49,600 bases of DNA, taken from positions 1-49,600 of the forward strand of contig JASEHL010000003.1 in assembly GCA_030018805.1 (NCBI GenBank), given 5' to 3'. Within the stretch, counting starts at the first letter, position 1, and each line of letters starts with the position of its first letter. This DNA comes from Patescibacteria group bacterium (GTDB lineage Bacteria > Patescibacteriota > Minisyncoccia > Moranbacterales > UBA11712). The notes below the pieces were generated by a model, which ran no database searches, was not told the DNA's origin, and saw only the letters and a program-made list of their open reading frames with translations. Below, piece by piece: positions 15,592-25,156 of this stretch. Made by a program: the position numbers and the translations under genes.

Positions 15592-17757
15592 TCAGACCAC
15601 AAACTCTTTCCGGTCCCCGTACTCCGTCGCTTTGCCGGCGTTCCATTGTTCGACCGGGCGGATGTAGCCGACGATGCGTGAATAGACTTCGCATTTTTGC
15701 TCGACGACGCACTTCGGGCAAAGAGTGTGCTCTCCCTCAAGATAGCCGTGCGACGGGCAGATGCTGAAGGTGGGAGAAAGAGTGAAATATGGAAGGGAAT
15801 AACTCTCGGAAATGACTTTCACAAGTTTCTTGGTTGTTTCAATGTCCTGAATCCTTTCTCCCAGAAATCCATGCAGCACCGTTCCGCCCGTGTATTTCGT
15901 CTGCAGCGGTTCTTGCAATTTCAGCGCTTCAAAGAAGTCCTCGGTAAAGTTGACCGGCAATTGGGTCGAGTTCGTGTAATACGGTTCAATCCCTTTCTTT
16001 TCCCCAACCTGACCGTTGGCGAAAATCATGTCCGGATATTTCTTGCGGTCTTTTCTGGCAAGCCGGTAAGAGGTTCCTTCGCCCGGAGTGGCTTCGAGGT
16101 TATAGAGATTTCCCGTCTCTTCCTGATATTTCACGAGGCGATCACGCATATGCATCAGAACTTCTTCCGCGAATTTCACGCCCTTCTCCGAAGCAGTGGT
16201 TTCTCCCATGAAGTTCTTGAGAGATTCGTTCATTCCGATGATGCCAATGGTCGAAAAATGGTTTGCCCAGCAATTGCCCCGGCGTTTGTAGACGCTGTCG
16301 AGATAAAATCTCGCGTAAGGATACAATCCTTTTTTTGTGAAACTGTCGATGATCTTCCTTTTTGTTTCCAGGCTTTCCTTGGCAAGCTCCATAAGCCTGT
16401 CAAGCCTCGCGAAAAAATCTTTTTTGTTTTTCGCCAGGTATCCGAGGCGAGCCATATTGAGCGTCACTACCCCAATGGAACCGGTCAGGGGGTTGGCCCC
16501 GAAAAGCCCGCCTCCGCGCTTATACAGTTCACGGTTATCAATCCGCAGGCGGCAGCACATCGAGCGGGCGTCCTCGACATCCATATCAGAATTTATGAAA
16601 TTGGCGAAATAGGGAATGCCGTATTTAGCGGTCATTTCCCAGATTGGCTTTAGATGATCATCGTCCCAGTTGAATCCTTTGGTGATGTTATACGTCGGAA
16701 TCGGAAAAGTGAAAACGCGGCCGTTCGCATCGCCCTCGGCCATCACTTCGGCGAAAGCTTTGTTTATCATATTCATTTCCTCCTGAAATTCTCCGTATTT
16801 TTCTTTCTGCGGCACGCCGCCGATCAGCACTGATTCTTCCGCCAGCATCTTGGGAGGCACAAGATCAAGCGTTACGTTCGTAAAGGGCGTTTGAAAGCCA
16901 ACGCGCGTGGGCACGTTGATGTTGAAGACGAATTCCTGCATGCATTGTTTCACGTCTTTGTAGGAAAGATCATCATAGCGGACAAACGGGGCCAGAAGCG
17001 TATCAAAGTTGGAAAATGCTTCCGCGCCGGCCACCTCACCTTGCAAAGTATAAAAAAAATTCACCATCTGCCCGAGAGCGGTCCGCAAGTGTTTGGGCGG
17101 CTTGCAGGCAATTTTTCCCGCGACTCCAGTGAAACCGCGGCGCAGAAGATCCTGAAGATCCCAGCCGCAGCAATAAGCGGCGATTTTGTCGAGATCGTGG
17201 ATATGAAAGTCTCCTTCGTCGTGCGCGTCGCGGATGGCTTTCGAGTAAACGCGGTTGAGCCAATATTTCGAACTGACGATTGAAGAAATATAGTTGTTGA
17301 GTCCCTGAAGAGAATAGCTCATGTTGGCGTTTTCCTTCACCTGCCAGTCAATTTCCTGAATGTATTTGTCGACGAGGTCAACCGCTTCTTTGAGAGATTC
17401 CTCTGACTCGCGGATTTTCCGGTGCTGTTCGCGATAGAGTATGTAGGCTTTGGCCGTTTCCTCAAAATCAAGAATCATCAAAACTCGCTCAACAAGGTCT
17501 TGGATTTCTTCGATTTCGGGAACATAGCCCACCTTGTAGTTTTTGTTGAGCAGCTGTACTACTTTTCCGGTGACTTTTTTTGCTTCTTTTTCTTTGCCTT
17601 CTCCAGTTTCAGCAAAAGCCTTGAGCACCGCTTTCGTAATCTTAGCCTCGTCGAAAGCCACCACACGTCCATCGCGCTTGACCACCCGCGTGATGCGGTT
17701 CCGGAATCCCCCTTCGCCCCTTTTGACCATTTTCTGGCCCTTTTTTACGGCAATCAT
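15592..17757 (-). CDS. nrdD: Class III anaerobic ribonucleoside-triphosphate reductase with ATP cone
   Basis: VVKRDG ATP cone, HIHDL, SMCCRL, EATPGE, CPSH...CPKC, YSRIVGY glycyl-radical loop. Confidence 0.96.
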   Translation of the reverse strand: MIAVKKGQKMVKRGEGGFRNRITRVVKRDGRVVAFDEAKITKAVLKAFAETGEGKEKEAKKVTGKVVQLLNKNYKVGYVPEIEEIQDLVERVLMILDFEETAKAYILYREQHRKIRESEESLKEAVDLVDKYIQEIDWQVKENANMSYSLQGLNNYISSIVSSKYWLNRVYSKAIRDAHDEGDFHIHDLDKIAAYCCGWDLQDLLRRGFTGVAGKIACKPPKHLRTALGQMVNFFYTLQGEVAGAEAFSNFDTLLAPFVRYDDLSYKDVKQCMQEFVFNINVPTRVGFQTPFTNVTLDLVPPKMLAEESVLIGGVPQKEKYGEFQEEMNMINKAFAEVMAEGDANGRVFTFPIPTYNITKGFNWDDDHLKPIWEMTAKYGIPYFANFINSDMDVEDARSMCCRLRIDNRELYKRGGGLFGANPLTGSIGVVTLNMARLGYLAKNKKDFFARLDRLMELAKESLETKRKIIDSFTKKGLYPYARFYLDSVYKRRGNCWANHFSTIGIIGMNESLKNFMGETTASEKGVKFAEEVLMHMRDRLVKYQEETGNLYNLEATPGEGTSYRLARKDRKKYPDMIFANGQVGEKKGIEPYYTNSTQLPVNFTEDFFEALKLQEPLQTKYTGGTVLHGFLGERIQDIETTKKLVKVISESYSLPYFTLSPTFSICPSHGYLEGEHTLCPKCVVEQKCEVYSRIVGYIRPVEQWNAGKATEYGDRKEFVV

Positions 17758-17779
17758 TTTTTTGTTTTCACCCCCAGAA

Positions 17780-17850
17780 ATTAGAAGTTAGATGTGAGAA
17801 TTGAGATGTGAGAAAATTTCTCACCTCCCACCTCTCATCTCTCACTTCCC
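17780..17850. repeat. GTGAGAA-type heptamer stem-loop repeat overlapping nrdR stop
   Basis: Related inverted copy at 18300-18390, so nrdR is bracketed. Confidence 0.7.
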
Positions 17851-18296
17851 GTCGTTAGCTTTTCCGCTTCTTTTTTGAAACTTTCCGCGCTGCCGAATGA
17901 TTTATATACCGAAGCAAAACGAAGATAAGCTACGTCATCAACGACTTTCAGTCTTTCGAGCACAAAACCGCCTATTTCTTTTGAGGATATTTCACAGTCG
18001 CCATTCTGATTCAGTTTATATTCTATTTCATCAACCATTTCTTCAATTTTCTTGTCATCAACCGGCCTTTTTTCAAGAGCTTTTTTGATTCCCGCCTCCA
18101 GCTTATCGCGATTATAATCCTCCTTTCGCCCGTCTTTTTTTACCACAACGAAATTCAGAAGTTCCAATTGTTCATACGTGCTGAAACGCTTTTGGCATTT
18201 CAGGCACTGCCTGCGTCTGCGAATGACTTTTCCATCCGTTGATTCCCGTGAATCAATAACTTTTGTTTCTGGATGAGAGCAAAAAGGACAAAGCAT
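17835..18296 (-). CDS. nrdR: Transcriptional repressor NrdR
   Basis: MLCPFC...VIDSR...IRRRRQCLKC, VVKKDG, VAYLRFASVY; true start at MLCPFC. Confidence 0.95.
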   Translation of the reverse strand: MLCPFCSHPETKVIDSRESTDGKVIRRRRQCLKCQKRFSTYEQLELLNFVVVKKDGRKEDYNRDKLEAGIKKALEKRPVDDKKIEEMVDEIEYKLNQNGDCEISSKEIGGFVLERLKVVDDVAYLRFASVYKSFGSAESFKKEAEKLTTGSER

Positions 18297-18419
18297 ATTT
18301 GGGAATTGAGAGGTTAGAAGTGAGAGGTGGGAATTGAGAGGTGGGAAGTGAGAAATTTTCTCACATCCAACTTCTATTTTGTGAGAATTAATAAGGGATA
18401 TCCGCAAGGACCCCTTTTC

Positions 18420-18435
18420 ACACTATATCTTGTGT
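18420..18435. promoter_or_regulatory. NrdR box
   Basis: ACACTATATCTTGTGT matches NrdR-box consensus, just downstream of nrdRDG promoter. Confidence 0.8.
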
Positions 18436-18446
18436 TCTTATAGGAA

Positions 18447-18513
18447 ATTTTACCACAATCATAAAAAGCCTGTCAAACAGGCGTATTTGCGGGAAAATTA
18501 TGAGTTATCCACA
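18447..18513 (-). promoter_or_regulatory. nrdRDG promoter with upstream DnaA box
   Basis: TTGACA (18471-18476)-18-TAAAAT (18447-18452); TTATCCACA at 18505-18513. Confidence 0.65.
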
Positions 18514-18647
18514 GGAGAAACGGGTTACCGCTTTCATCGAGATAATAAATGCACATAGTTATTGTAGTCTGAAATTAGGGAAATGAGCGACCCCTTAAGA
18601 AGCATCGTGAGAAGAAAATTTTGATCGAAACACTTTGAGCGACAAGT

Positions 18648-19331
18648 TTAAGTCAAATTTTTCGCAAAAAAATATTGTATCAGATATCTCAAAAAAATTT
18701 GCCGACTGGAGTTTTCCAAATAATTCTTTGACAAAAATAATTTTTTGTAACAGCTTTCCCGAAAAATGAAAAACCTGGGACTTTCCTCCGGATAACAATC
18801 TATTAATCTTCCGATCTCATAACAAAAAACTATTACCGTACACTTTTTATCAATATATTGGAATTTATCCAAAAAAAACCTGAATAATCTAAGCCACTGT
18901 TTTTCGTAGGCTCCAACAAATATGATTATCGTCGAAAACTTTTTTAGAAATGGTCCCTTTATATCAAAATAATTACCGGCAATAAAATTTCTCTTTAATC
19001 CTTTGTTATTTTTTTGGGCGATTCTGATTTTTGAATAATCTTTGTCAATTCCGAATGGTACTACCTCTTTGGATGAAAAAGAATGAATATATCCGCACAA
19101 AATACCGGTTCCGCATCCCATATCCAAGCACTTGCCCCTTTTTGCAAGCGACAGCAGTGATTCATAAATACCGAAAATAGAGTTTACATCCTGTTTGTTG
19201 TGCCCGTTTAAGGCCCATTCCTTTTTTGAAAAACTAAGCAAGAAATCGATTCGCTTTTTTTTAGTTTGCAAAGAGGATGCACTGTTTCGCGAATCGGACA
19301 ATTCCACATTAACACAATGTCTTAACGCCAT
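18648..19331 (-). CDS. Class I SAM-dependent methyltransferase
   Basis: CLDMGCGTG motif I, FGIDKD; C-terminus uncertain. Confidence 0.7.
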   Translation of the reverse strand: MALRHCVNVELSDSRNSASSLQTKKKRIDFLLSFSKKEWALNGHNKQDVNSIFGIYESLLSLAKRGKCLDMGCGTGILCGYIHSFSSKEVVPFGIDKDYSKIRIAQKNNKGLKRNFIAGNYFDIKGPFLKKFSTIIIFVGAYEKQWLRLFRFFLDKFQYIDKKCTVIVFCYEIGRLIDCYPEESPRFFIFRESCYKKLFLSKNYLENSSRQIFLRYLIQYFFAKNLT

Positions 19332-19437
19332 ATGTAATTTTTTTTATTTTCATAATGAGAAAAGCAGGTTTTATCCGTTCGGCATATTAATAGTAGCTCT
19401 TTTTTGGTTTGCGCCGATTAGTGTATACTATCATACC

Positions 19438-20409
19438 TCATCTAAAAAAGGAATATGGACTGAATAAAAAAGATATTATGGATCCCTTCAAAATTATGGT
19501 GATTATCACCCCTAGAAAGAGCCAGACAGCAAACGGCATTCTTTGCATGTGGTCTTTTTTTTGTGAATATGAGAATATCAACGCGATCAATGGGAAAGCT
19601 GCAAAATATACCAACGAGCTCCTTGCGGCTAGTGCCATTTTCCCCAGGATGCCTTGATTCTGGATTGCCACATAAACTATGAAAATCAGAGAAAGCGAGC
19701 CCAAAACATAATTCATTCCCAAGGCCCGCCGGATATACCCAGAGGCTCCGAGTATAATTAATAAAAGGCCCGATGACCACCACTGATTTTGGTTGGTATG
19801 GTTAGCAACCGCCTGCCGGAGCATCTGGAAGACTAAAAAAATTAAAGAAAATGAAACAAAGCTCTTTAAAAGAGTCTGGTAATTGCTTTCAAAATAAATT
19901 TTAATTTCTCTGAATAGAAACTTAATCTTGCCCAGCGATAATGGATATCTTGTAGCATCTTTAAAAATTAATATCAAATTTTGCACGAATAAAAACAACA
20001 AAGCGGGAATGAAAACATTAATCAAGAGGGCAAGGGACGGAAAGTAAAACAGATATGACCGCCAATAATGCGTCAAAGGTAACAATAAGGAAAAAACAAA
20101 GAATAATTTGGCATCTCCGGCTGACCAAAGTTCGAAATACCAAAGGACATAGCCAAGCGCCAATGCAATAAAAGCGTTAAGAAGCGCCTTATAGATATAG
20201 GCATAGGAAATAAAACTGGTTATTTTTGAAAAAAACGGTAGATAAGCTGCTAAAAAAAGGCTGAGGAATAAAACAAGGTAGACGATTAACCCCCAGGCCA
20301 ATCCCCGCAAAATCCATTTATTCCTAATTTTGCCAAACTTAAAATCCTGGTAGCTGACAACACCGCCTATCAGAAAAATGACCGGTAACATTAAATAGTC
20401 AAGAAGCAT
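19438..20409 (-). CDS. A24 (prepilin/preflagellin-type) aspartic peptidase
   Basis: SYQDFKFGKIRN, SAGDAKL (GxGD-like), C-terminal MPFAVWL; polytopic membrane protein. Confidence 0.75.
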   Translation of the reverse strand: MLLDYLMLPVIFLIGGVVSYQDFKFGKIRNKWILRGLAWGLIVYLVLFLSLFLAAYLPFFSKITSFISYAYIYKALLNAFIALALGYVLWYFELWSAGDAKLFFVFSLLLPLTHYWRSYLFYFPSLALLINVFIPALLFLFVQNLILIFKDATRYPLSLGKIKFLFREIKIYFESNYQTLLKSFVSFSLIFLVFQMLRQAVANHTNQNQWWSSGLLLIILGASGYIRRALGMNYVLGSLSLIFIVYVAIQNQGILGKMALAARSSLVYFAAFPLIALIFSYSQKKDHMQRMPFAVWLFLGVIITIILKGSIISFLFSPYSFFR

Positions 20410-21331
20410 TTCTGATTGGTTTTAATTCTTCGTCTCCATAATGCTGCACATATAATTTCCAGATGCCTTCGCACTGCTGAAAAAGATCACATCCCGCGCA
20501 TATTTTTGTTTTTATCCGGGCTATCTGCCTTCTGGATCCCTCAACGTCGGAGTTAACAAAGTCCGGCGCCAAATGCTGGGTATAAAAAATTTTTGATTCG
20601 AGCAATTCACTTATTTGATCAAGGTGGTTTTCAAAATGGCATAGCGGCACATAACGCACGTGCCAATGTGCTTTTTCTCCCTTTCTTAAATCAAGCAGTT
20701 TCAGGATATATGGCGCGGCTTGAGAGATCTTGGGAACGAACTTCAAGAAATTATCGTTAACTGCGCCATACTGCGGATCAACAAAAATAAATTCCGAGTT
20801 GTTGATTCCCAGATCAAGGATCAATTTCCCGATCCTCTCCAATTGGCGATAATTTTGCTTGACGATCGTTGTGTTCGTTCCCAATTCTTTCAAGCCCGCA
20901 GACCGAACGTTGCTTATCCCGCGCATAAGCTGGTCAAAACTGCCCCTTGCTTGAGTCAAGGAATCATGCAGCTCGGCGGTATGACCGTGAATGGAAAAAA
21001 TAAGATCGGTGAGGCCCGCGCGAATCATTCTATCGGCAAAATCTTTATAGGCAAACATCCGGCCATTCGTGGCCATGACGATATTCTTAAACTTCAAATT
21101 CCGCGCGAAAGAGATTAAATCGATGATATCCGGCCGTATGGTCGGCTCCCCACCAATCAGTTCTAAGTATGTATTCCCTTGTTTTCTAGCCACTGTCATC
21201 TCCCCTATGATACGTTTAGTGCTTTTGGAATCCAACTCATGCTTGTTGGAATTAATGCAAAACTGGCATGAATTGTTGCATTCATACCCCATAATGATTA
21301 CGGTTTTTTTGATCTTACGATTTTTTTTCAA
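20399..21331 (-). CDS. Radical SAM protein, HxsC-like
   Basis: CNNSCQFC, GGEPT, TNGRMF, HDSLT, C-terminal CxxC-x4-CxG. Confidence 0.85.
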   Translation of the reverse strand: MKKNRKIKKTVIIMGYECNNSCQFCINSNKHELDSKSTKRIIGEMTVARKQGNTYLELIGGEPTIRPDIIDLISFARNLKFKNIVMATNGRMFAYKDFADRMIRAGLTDLIFSIHGHTAELHDSLTQARGSFDQLMRGISNVRSAGLKELGTNTTIVKQNYRQLERIGKLILDLGINNSEFIFVDPQYGAVNDNFLKFVPKISQAAPYILKLLDLRKGEKAHWHVRYVPLCHFENHLDQISELLESKIFYTQHLAPDFVNSDVEGSRRQIARIKTKICAGCDLFQQCEGIWKLYVQHYGDEELKPIRNAS

Positions 21332-22238
21332 CAGAGATGATGGGGTGATGGTAATTATCAGAGATTTTTAGCGCGTGAGATGTTTGAACGGGTCTGAATT
21401 CTTTTGGGCCGAATAATTCAAGATATTTCTTGTGTATTCCTAAGCAAAATTCCTTTACTTTGCACTTATCGCATTTATTCAAATAAGCGACTTCGTCTTC
21501 TCCAAGAGTCCGCCACACAAACGGCCAAAATTCTTCGGATACTGTGCATAACGGCAGGTGGTATAATCGGATATTCTTGTACTTTCTAAGATACGGCATT
21601 AATTCTTTCAAATCGGATCCAAAATCACTATAAGTAAGGCGCACGGATTTTAGATTTTCAACAGCCTGCCCTTCATACTCCAAAAATATTATCACAATTC
21701 TGTGTATTGTAGGAAATTTTTTCAGCAGAGAATCGAGCGTTTTTCGCAAATTTTTATGCGTGAATTTCGTGGCAACCAGCCTGATTTCTATTTCTTGATC
21801 CGGTCTTCGCAGCGACAAAATATTCTCTATTCCACCCAGTGTCTGTTCAAAACTTCCTTTTATCCTGGTCACTGCGTCGTGAGACTTAGAGTCCGGACCA
21901 TGAACCGGGATAATAAAGCTGACTTTGCCCAGTGCGATGCAGGCCTTAGTGAAATCTTCATAGAAAAAGCGCCGGCCGTTGCTCAAAATATTTATGCGGG
22001 ATACGGGAAACTTTTTTTGCAGATAATTTATGATGGTAAGGAAATTCGGCTGCATTGTAGGCTCTCCGCCGGTCAAGTAGATACTTTTTATATTATCTTC
22101 TTCGCCCCCAATCTTCCATTTCAAATATTTCTTGATTGACGCCAGGTCAATAGGCTTTTCCCGTCGGAAATTCGGGGGATTGGTGCACATCACGCAATTA
22201 TTGTTGCATTGGTTCCAGAAAGGAATTTCGAGATGCAT
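21315..22238 (-). CDS. Radical SAM protein, HxsC-like
   Basis: CNNNCVMC, TGGEPT, SNGR, HDAVT, LYHLPLC, CDKCKVKEFCLG. Confidence 0.85.
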   Translation of the reverse strand: MHLEIPFWNQCNNNCVMCTNPPNFRREKPIDLASIKKYLKWKIGGEEDNIKSIYLTGGEPTMQPNFLTIINYLQKKFPVSRINILSNGRRFFYEDFTKACIALGKVSFIIPVHGPDSKSHDAVTRIKGSFEQTLGGIENILSLRRPDQEIEIRLVATKFTHKNLRKTLDSLLKKFPTIHRIVIIFLEYEGQAVENLKSVRLTYSDFGSDLKELMPYLRKYKNIRLYHLPLCTVSEEFWPFVWRTLGEDEVAYLNKCDKCKVKEFCLGIHKKYLELFGPKEFRPVQTSHALKISDNYHHPIISVEKKS

Positions 22239-22265
22239 ATTTACTAAACAAAAAAATATTATAAT

Positions 22266-24239
22266 CTACCTTGTCGTTGCTTGCTGAATATTTTTTAGGT
22301 TTCCTCGGCTTTTCAAGAAGTTATGCTGACAGGCTAATCTTTCCATTTTCCCCGCCCCATTTTTTTCATAATATATCCTTGTCAGCCCGTTGCAAGCACA
22401 TAAAAAAACACACCTTTGGCAAAAATCTTGTTTGATCTTATACTTATCGGAAAAAACAGCTTTAGCGCTTTCTTGTTTTTTATCGATTCGGATTGAATAG
22501 TCCTCGCCATAGCTTTGGAAAAGCTTTTCAAATCTGGCTTTCGCGTTAAAAATGAAAAGCTTTTGATTGCGAAACAGATCGTCACAAAATACGCATAATG
22601 GGAAATCAAAAAACCCTATCTGATCAAAATTATTCGCTATCTTTTCGATTTTACTGAACTGCGGCGCAAGCTTTTCGTAATCTGGCGCAAATACTTGATA
22701 ATTTTCGGATGCTCTGCCGTCAGGTAATAATTCCAGTAGGTGCCATCTCTTTACGCCGAGCCCGCTGATAAACTCTCCAATTTTGTTTAATTCCTTATAA
22801 TTTGATTTCAAAACTACCGTGTTAACACCAACTTCAAGATTTTCCACTTCAAGGGCATTTTTTATGCCTGCCAAAGTTTGATTAAAAGATCCCACTACAC
22901 GAGTGATGTCATCGTGCAAGGCGTGTTTATGACTATAAAGTGAAAAGTTAACGGAATCCAAACCCATTTCTTTTGCCCTTTGCGCAAATCCAAGATAAGC
23001 AAACATCCTGCCATTAGAGGAAATCCTGATGCGGGTAAAGCCAATTTTCTTTAATTCTGACAAAAGATAGTAAAAATCTTTTCGAATTGAAACTTCCCCA
23101 CCTAAGATCTCTATTTCTCTATGCCCTTTCCTGTATCCCCTTTCGGCATCCAATGTCAGCTCGCCGGTGGTTCTGTCACTTGCGCGGCTGTCCGCGGAGC
23201 AGAAAATACAATTGTTATTGCAAGAAAAACCGGTCAATATCGAATAGATTTGATGTTTCGGCTTAATCCTTTTTTGAACTTCCGCCTTCTTGTTTTCATT
23301 CCTAATTACCGGCTTTAATTCGCTTAACCCGTATTTTTCCGCATAAATTCTCCAGATACCGGCGCATTTTTTAAAATAATAACACTTTTTGCATTCCGAC
23401 GATTTAATTTTGGTTTTTGCATGAAATTCTTCCGTAGCCAGTTGATAGCTTGTATCTTGACCCGAATCAACAACTCCAATATTACTTGGCTGATTTATTT
23501 TTTGCTGCTCGATAAGAATGTTTTCGTAACCTTTCAAAAAACAAAGTGGAATGGAGCCGCAAGTGGTTATGTTGAAATTTATTCCTTTTTGAGAACATTT
23601 CCGCAAAGCATTTTGAAAATATTTTTCAACTTTGGAAAGCCGGGGATAAATATATACATTTTCAAGGGCAGCTCCTGCCGGATAAATAAAAGAAAAAGTA
23701 ATATTTTTTATTTCAGGAAAATTTTTTGAAACGTAATCCACGAATTGCGGCAGGTGCCGGTAATTATGAGAAGTGATTAAATGATAAATTGATAAATTTC
23801 TACATCCCTTATCAATCAAGTTTTCTATGCCTTTGATGGTCTTTTTGAAAGTGCCTTTTCTCCCGACAAGCTGTTCTGAAATTTTTTCCATGTGGGAGTG
23901 CAAAGATATGGAAAAAAAAACAAAAAAATTCCCAGTAGCTGCAGACAAGAGGCTCTTGGCAATTTCAATATCAGCAAGGCGAACTCCGTTGGTTAATATA
24001 TTTGCTGATTTATATCCCAGCCTTTTCGCCAGATCTAATATTTTTTTTAGGTCATTCCTCAAAGTCGGCTCTCCTCCATCAAAAGTGACTTCTTTGTATC
24101 CCTCTTTTATTTTTTCTAATAAAATTCTTCGAATTTCTTCAAAGCTCAAGAAAGAAATTTTTTTATTCTTGCCTAACCTGACGCAAAATGCGCATTCTTG
24201 GTTGCAATCTCCAAGAATTGCCAAGTATAGATTTTTCAT
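22266..24239 (-). CDS. Tandem double radical SAM protein (two HxsC-like domains)
   Basis: CNQECAFC...GGEPT...CKKCYYFKKCAG then CNNNCIFC...GGEVS...CQRCVFLCACNG. Confidence 0.85.
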   Translation of the reverse strand: MKNLYLAILGDCNQECAFCVRLGKNKKISFLSFEEIRRILLEKIKEGYKEVTFDGGEPTLRNDLKKILDLAKRLGYKSANILTNGVRLADIEIAKSLLSAATGNFFVFFSISLHSHMEKISEQLVGRKGTFKKTIKGIENLIDKGCRNLSIYHLITSHNYRHLPQFVDYVSKNFPEIKNITFSFIYPAGAALENVYIYPRLSKVEKYFQNALRKCSQKGINFNITTCGSIPLCFLKGYENILIEQQKINQPSNIGVVDSGQDTSYQLATEEFHAKTKIKSSECKKCYYFKKCAGIWRIYAEKYGLSELKPVIRNENKKAEVQKRIKPKHQIYSILTGFSCNNNCIFCSADSRASDRTTGELTLDAERGYRKGHREIEILGGEVSIRKDFYYLLSELKKIGFTRIRISSNGRMFAYLGFAQRAKEMGLDSVNFSLYSHKHALHDDITRVVGSFNQTLAGIKNALEVENLEVGVNTVVLKSNYKELNKIGEFISGLGVKRWHLLELLPDGRASENYQVFAPDYEKLAPQFSKIEKIANNFDQIGFFDFPLCVFCDDLFRNQKLFIFNAKARFEKLFQSYGEDYSIRIDKKQESAKAVFSDKYKIKQDFCQRCVFLCACNGLTRIYYEKNGAGKMERLACQHNFLKSRGNLKNIQQATTR

Positions 24240-24244
24240 AGGGG

Positions 24245-25156
24245 TTATTCAATGGGCCTAAATTCAGACCAGCCGAACATTTCGGGGTATTCTTTCCAGG
24301 GACCTTCACAAATATCAAATTTTTTGCACCTGCGACATTCCGGACCCTTGGCTTTGCCTATCGTCTTTCGATAGTTATCGTAATCAGAAATGGTAAACTC
24401 AATATCAAAAACGCTTGCCCCGGGTATGATCTTTTCCGCGATGCATTCTTCGTAATTCGACATAAGGCAATATGGAATAGCCTCGGTCATGACCATCTTG
24501 CGAGCCCTCATGCCAATGTCCAGCGCTGCTTTCACATAAGGAAGTGCTTCCTTTTTTCTAGGAACGATTATTTTTTTATTCTCGGCTGCCTGGCCGGTGA
24601 TATGCACGAAAGCGAATTGGAATTGGTTGACATCAAGCTTCACTAAAAGCTCGGCAATCTGCGGAAGTTGCCGATAATTCAGTTTTGTTACGACCGTATT
24701 GGTGATCACTCTTTGGCCCAAACCCCGCAGATTCTTGATGCCTTGGACTGTTTGCCCGAAGCTGCCCTCGAAACCGGTCAACTGGTCATGGGTTTTTGAA
24801 TCAGAACCGTGAAGCGCTGGCGCGAATTCATTTGCTCCGGCTTTGATTGTTTGAACGCAGAAATCAGGATACGCGAACATTCTGCCGTTAGTTTGAATTT
24901 GAATATTTGAAAAATTATTTTTTTTGGCAAATCTGACAATCTTCAAAAAATCGGGGTGAAGCGTCGGTTCACCGCCGGTCAAGACTATCTCGTCTTTGCC
25001 GGATTTTGCTGATTCCCTGATAAATTTTTTAATCTCTTCAATTTTTTTGGAGGCCGTCCTTTCCCTTTTTCTGCCTTGGACGCAAAAGAGGCAATGGTTA
25101 TTGCACTGAAATCCGACTTTTAGGTCAACCCTTTTAATTCTAGTATTATCTGACAT
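24245..25156 (-). CDS. Radical SAM protein, HxsC-like
   Basis: CNNHCLFC, TGGEPT, QTNGRMF, AIPYC, CRRCKKFDICEG; start moved to MSDNTR. Confidence 0.88.
   Translation of the reverse strand: MSDNTRIKRVDLKVGFQCNNHCLFCVQGRKRERTASKKIEEIKKFIRESAKSGKDEIVLTGGEPTLHPDFLKIVRFAKKNNFSNIQIQTNGRMFAYPDFCVQTIKAGANEFAPALHGSDSKTHDQLTGFEGSFGQTVQGIKNLRGLGQRVITNTVVTKLNYRQLPQIAELLVKLDVNQFQFAFVHITGQAAENKKIIVPRKKEALPYVKAALDIGMRARKMVMTEAIPYCLMSNYEECIAEKIIPGASVFDIEFTISDYDNYRKTIGKAKGPECRRCKKFDICEGPWKEYPEMFGWSEFRPIE

Noticed and set aside
15697-16653. 318-aa plus-strand ORF
   Set aside because: Antisense shadow of nrdD.
14716-18390. CRISPR array
   Set aside because: Repeats are tandem heptamers in inverted arms without unique spacers; no cas genes.
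18297-18407. N-terminal extensions in the ORF track (nrdR, nrdG, yqeY, ftsA, lepB, topA)
   Set aside because: They are translations of intergenic repeats upstream of the conserved starts.
18595-18798. Frameshifted C-terminus of the methyltransferase
   Set aside because: Overlapping alternative frame exists, but nothing in the sequence decides between frames without homologue alignment.
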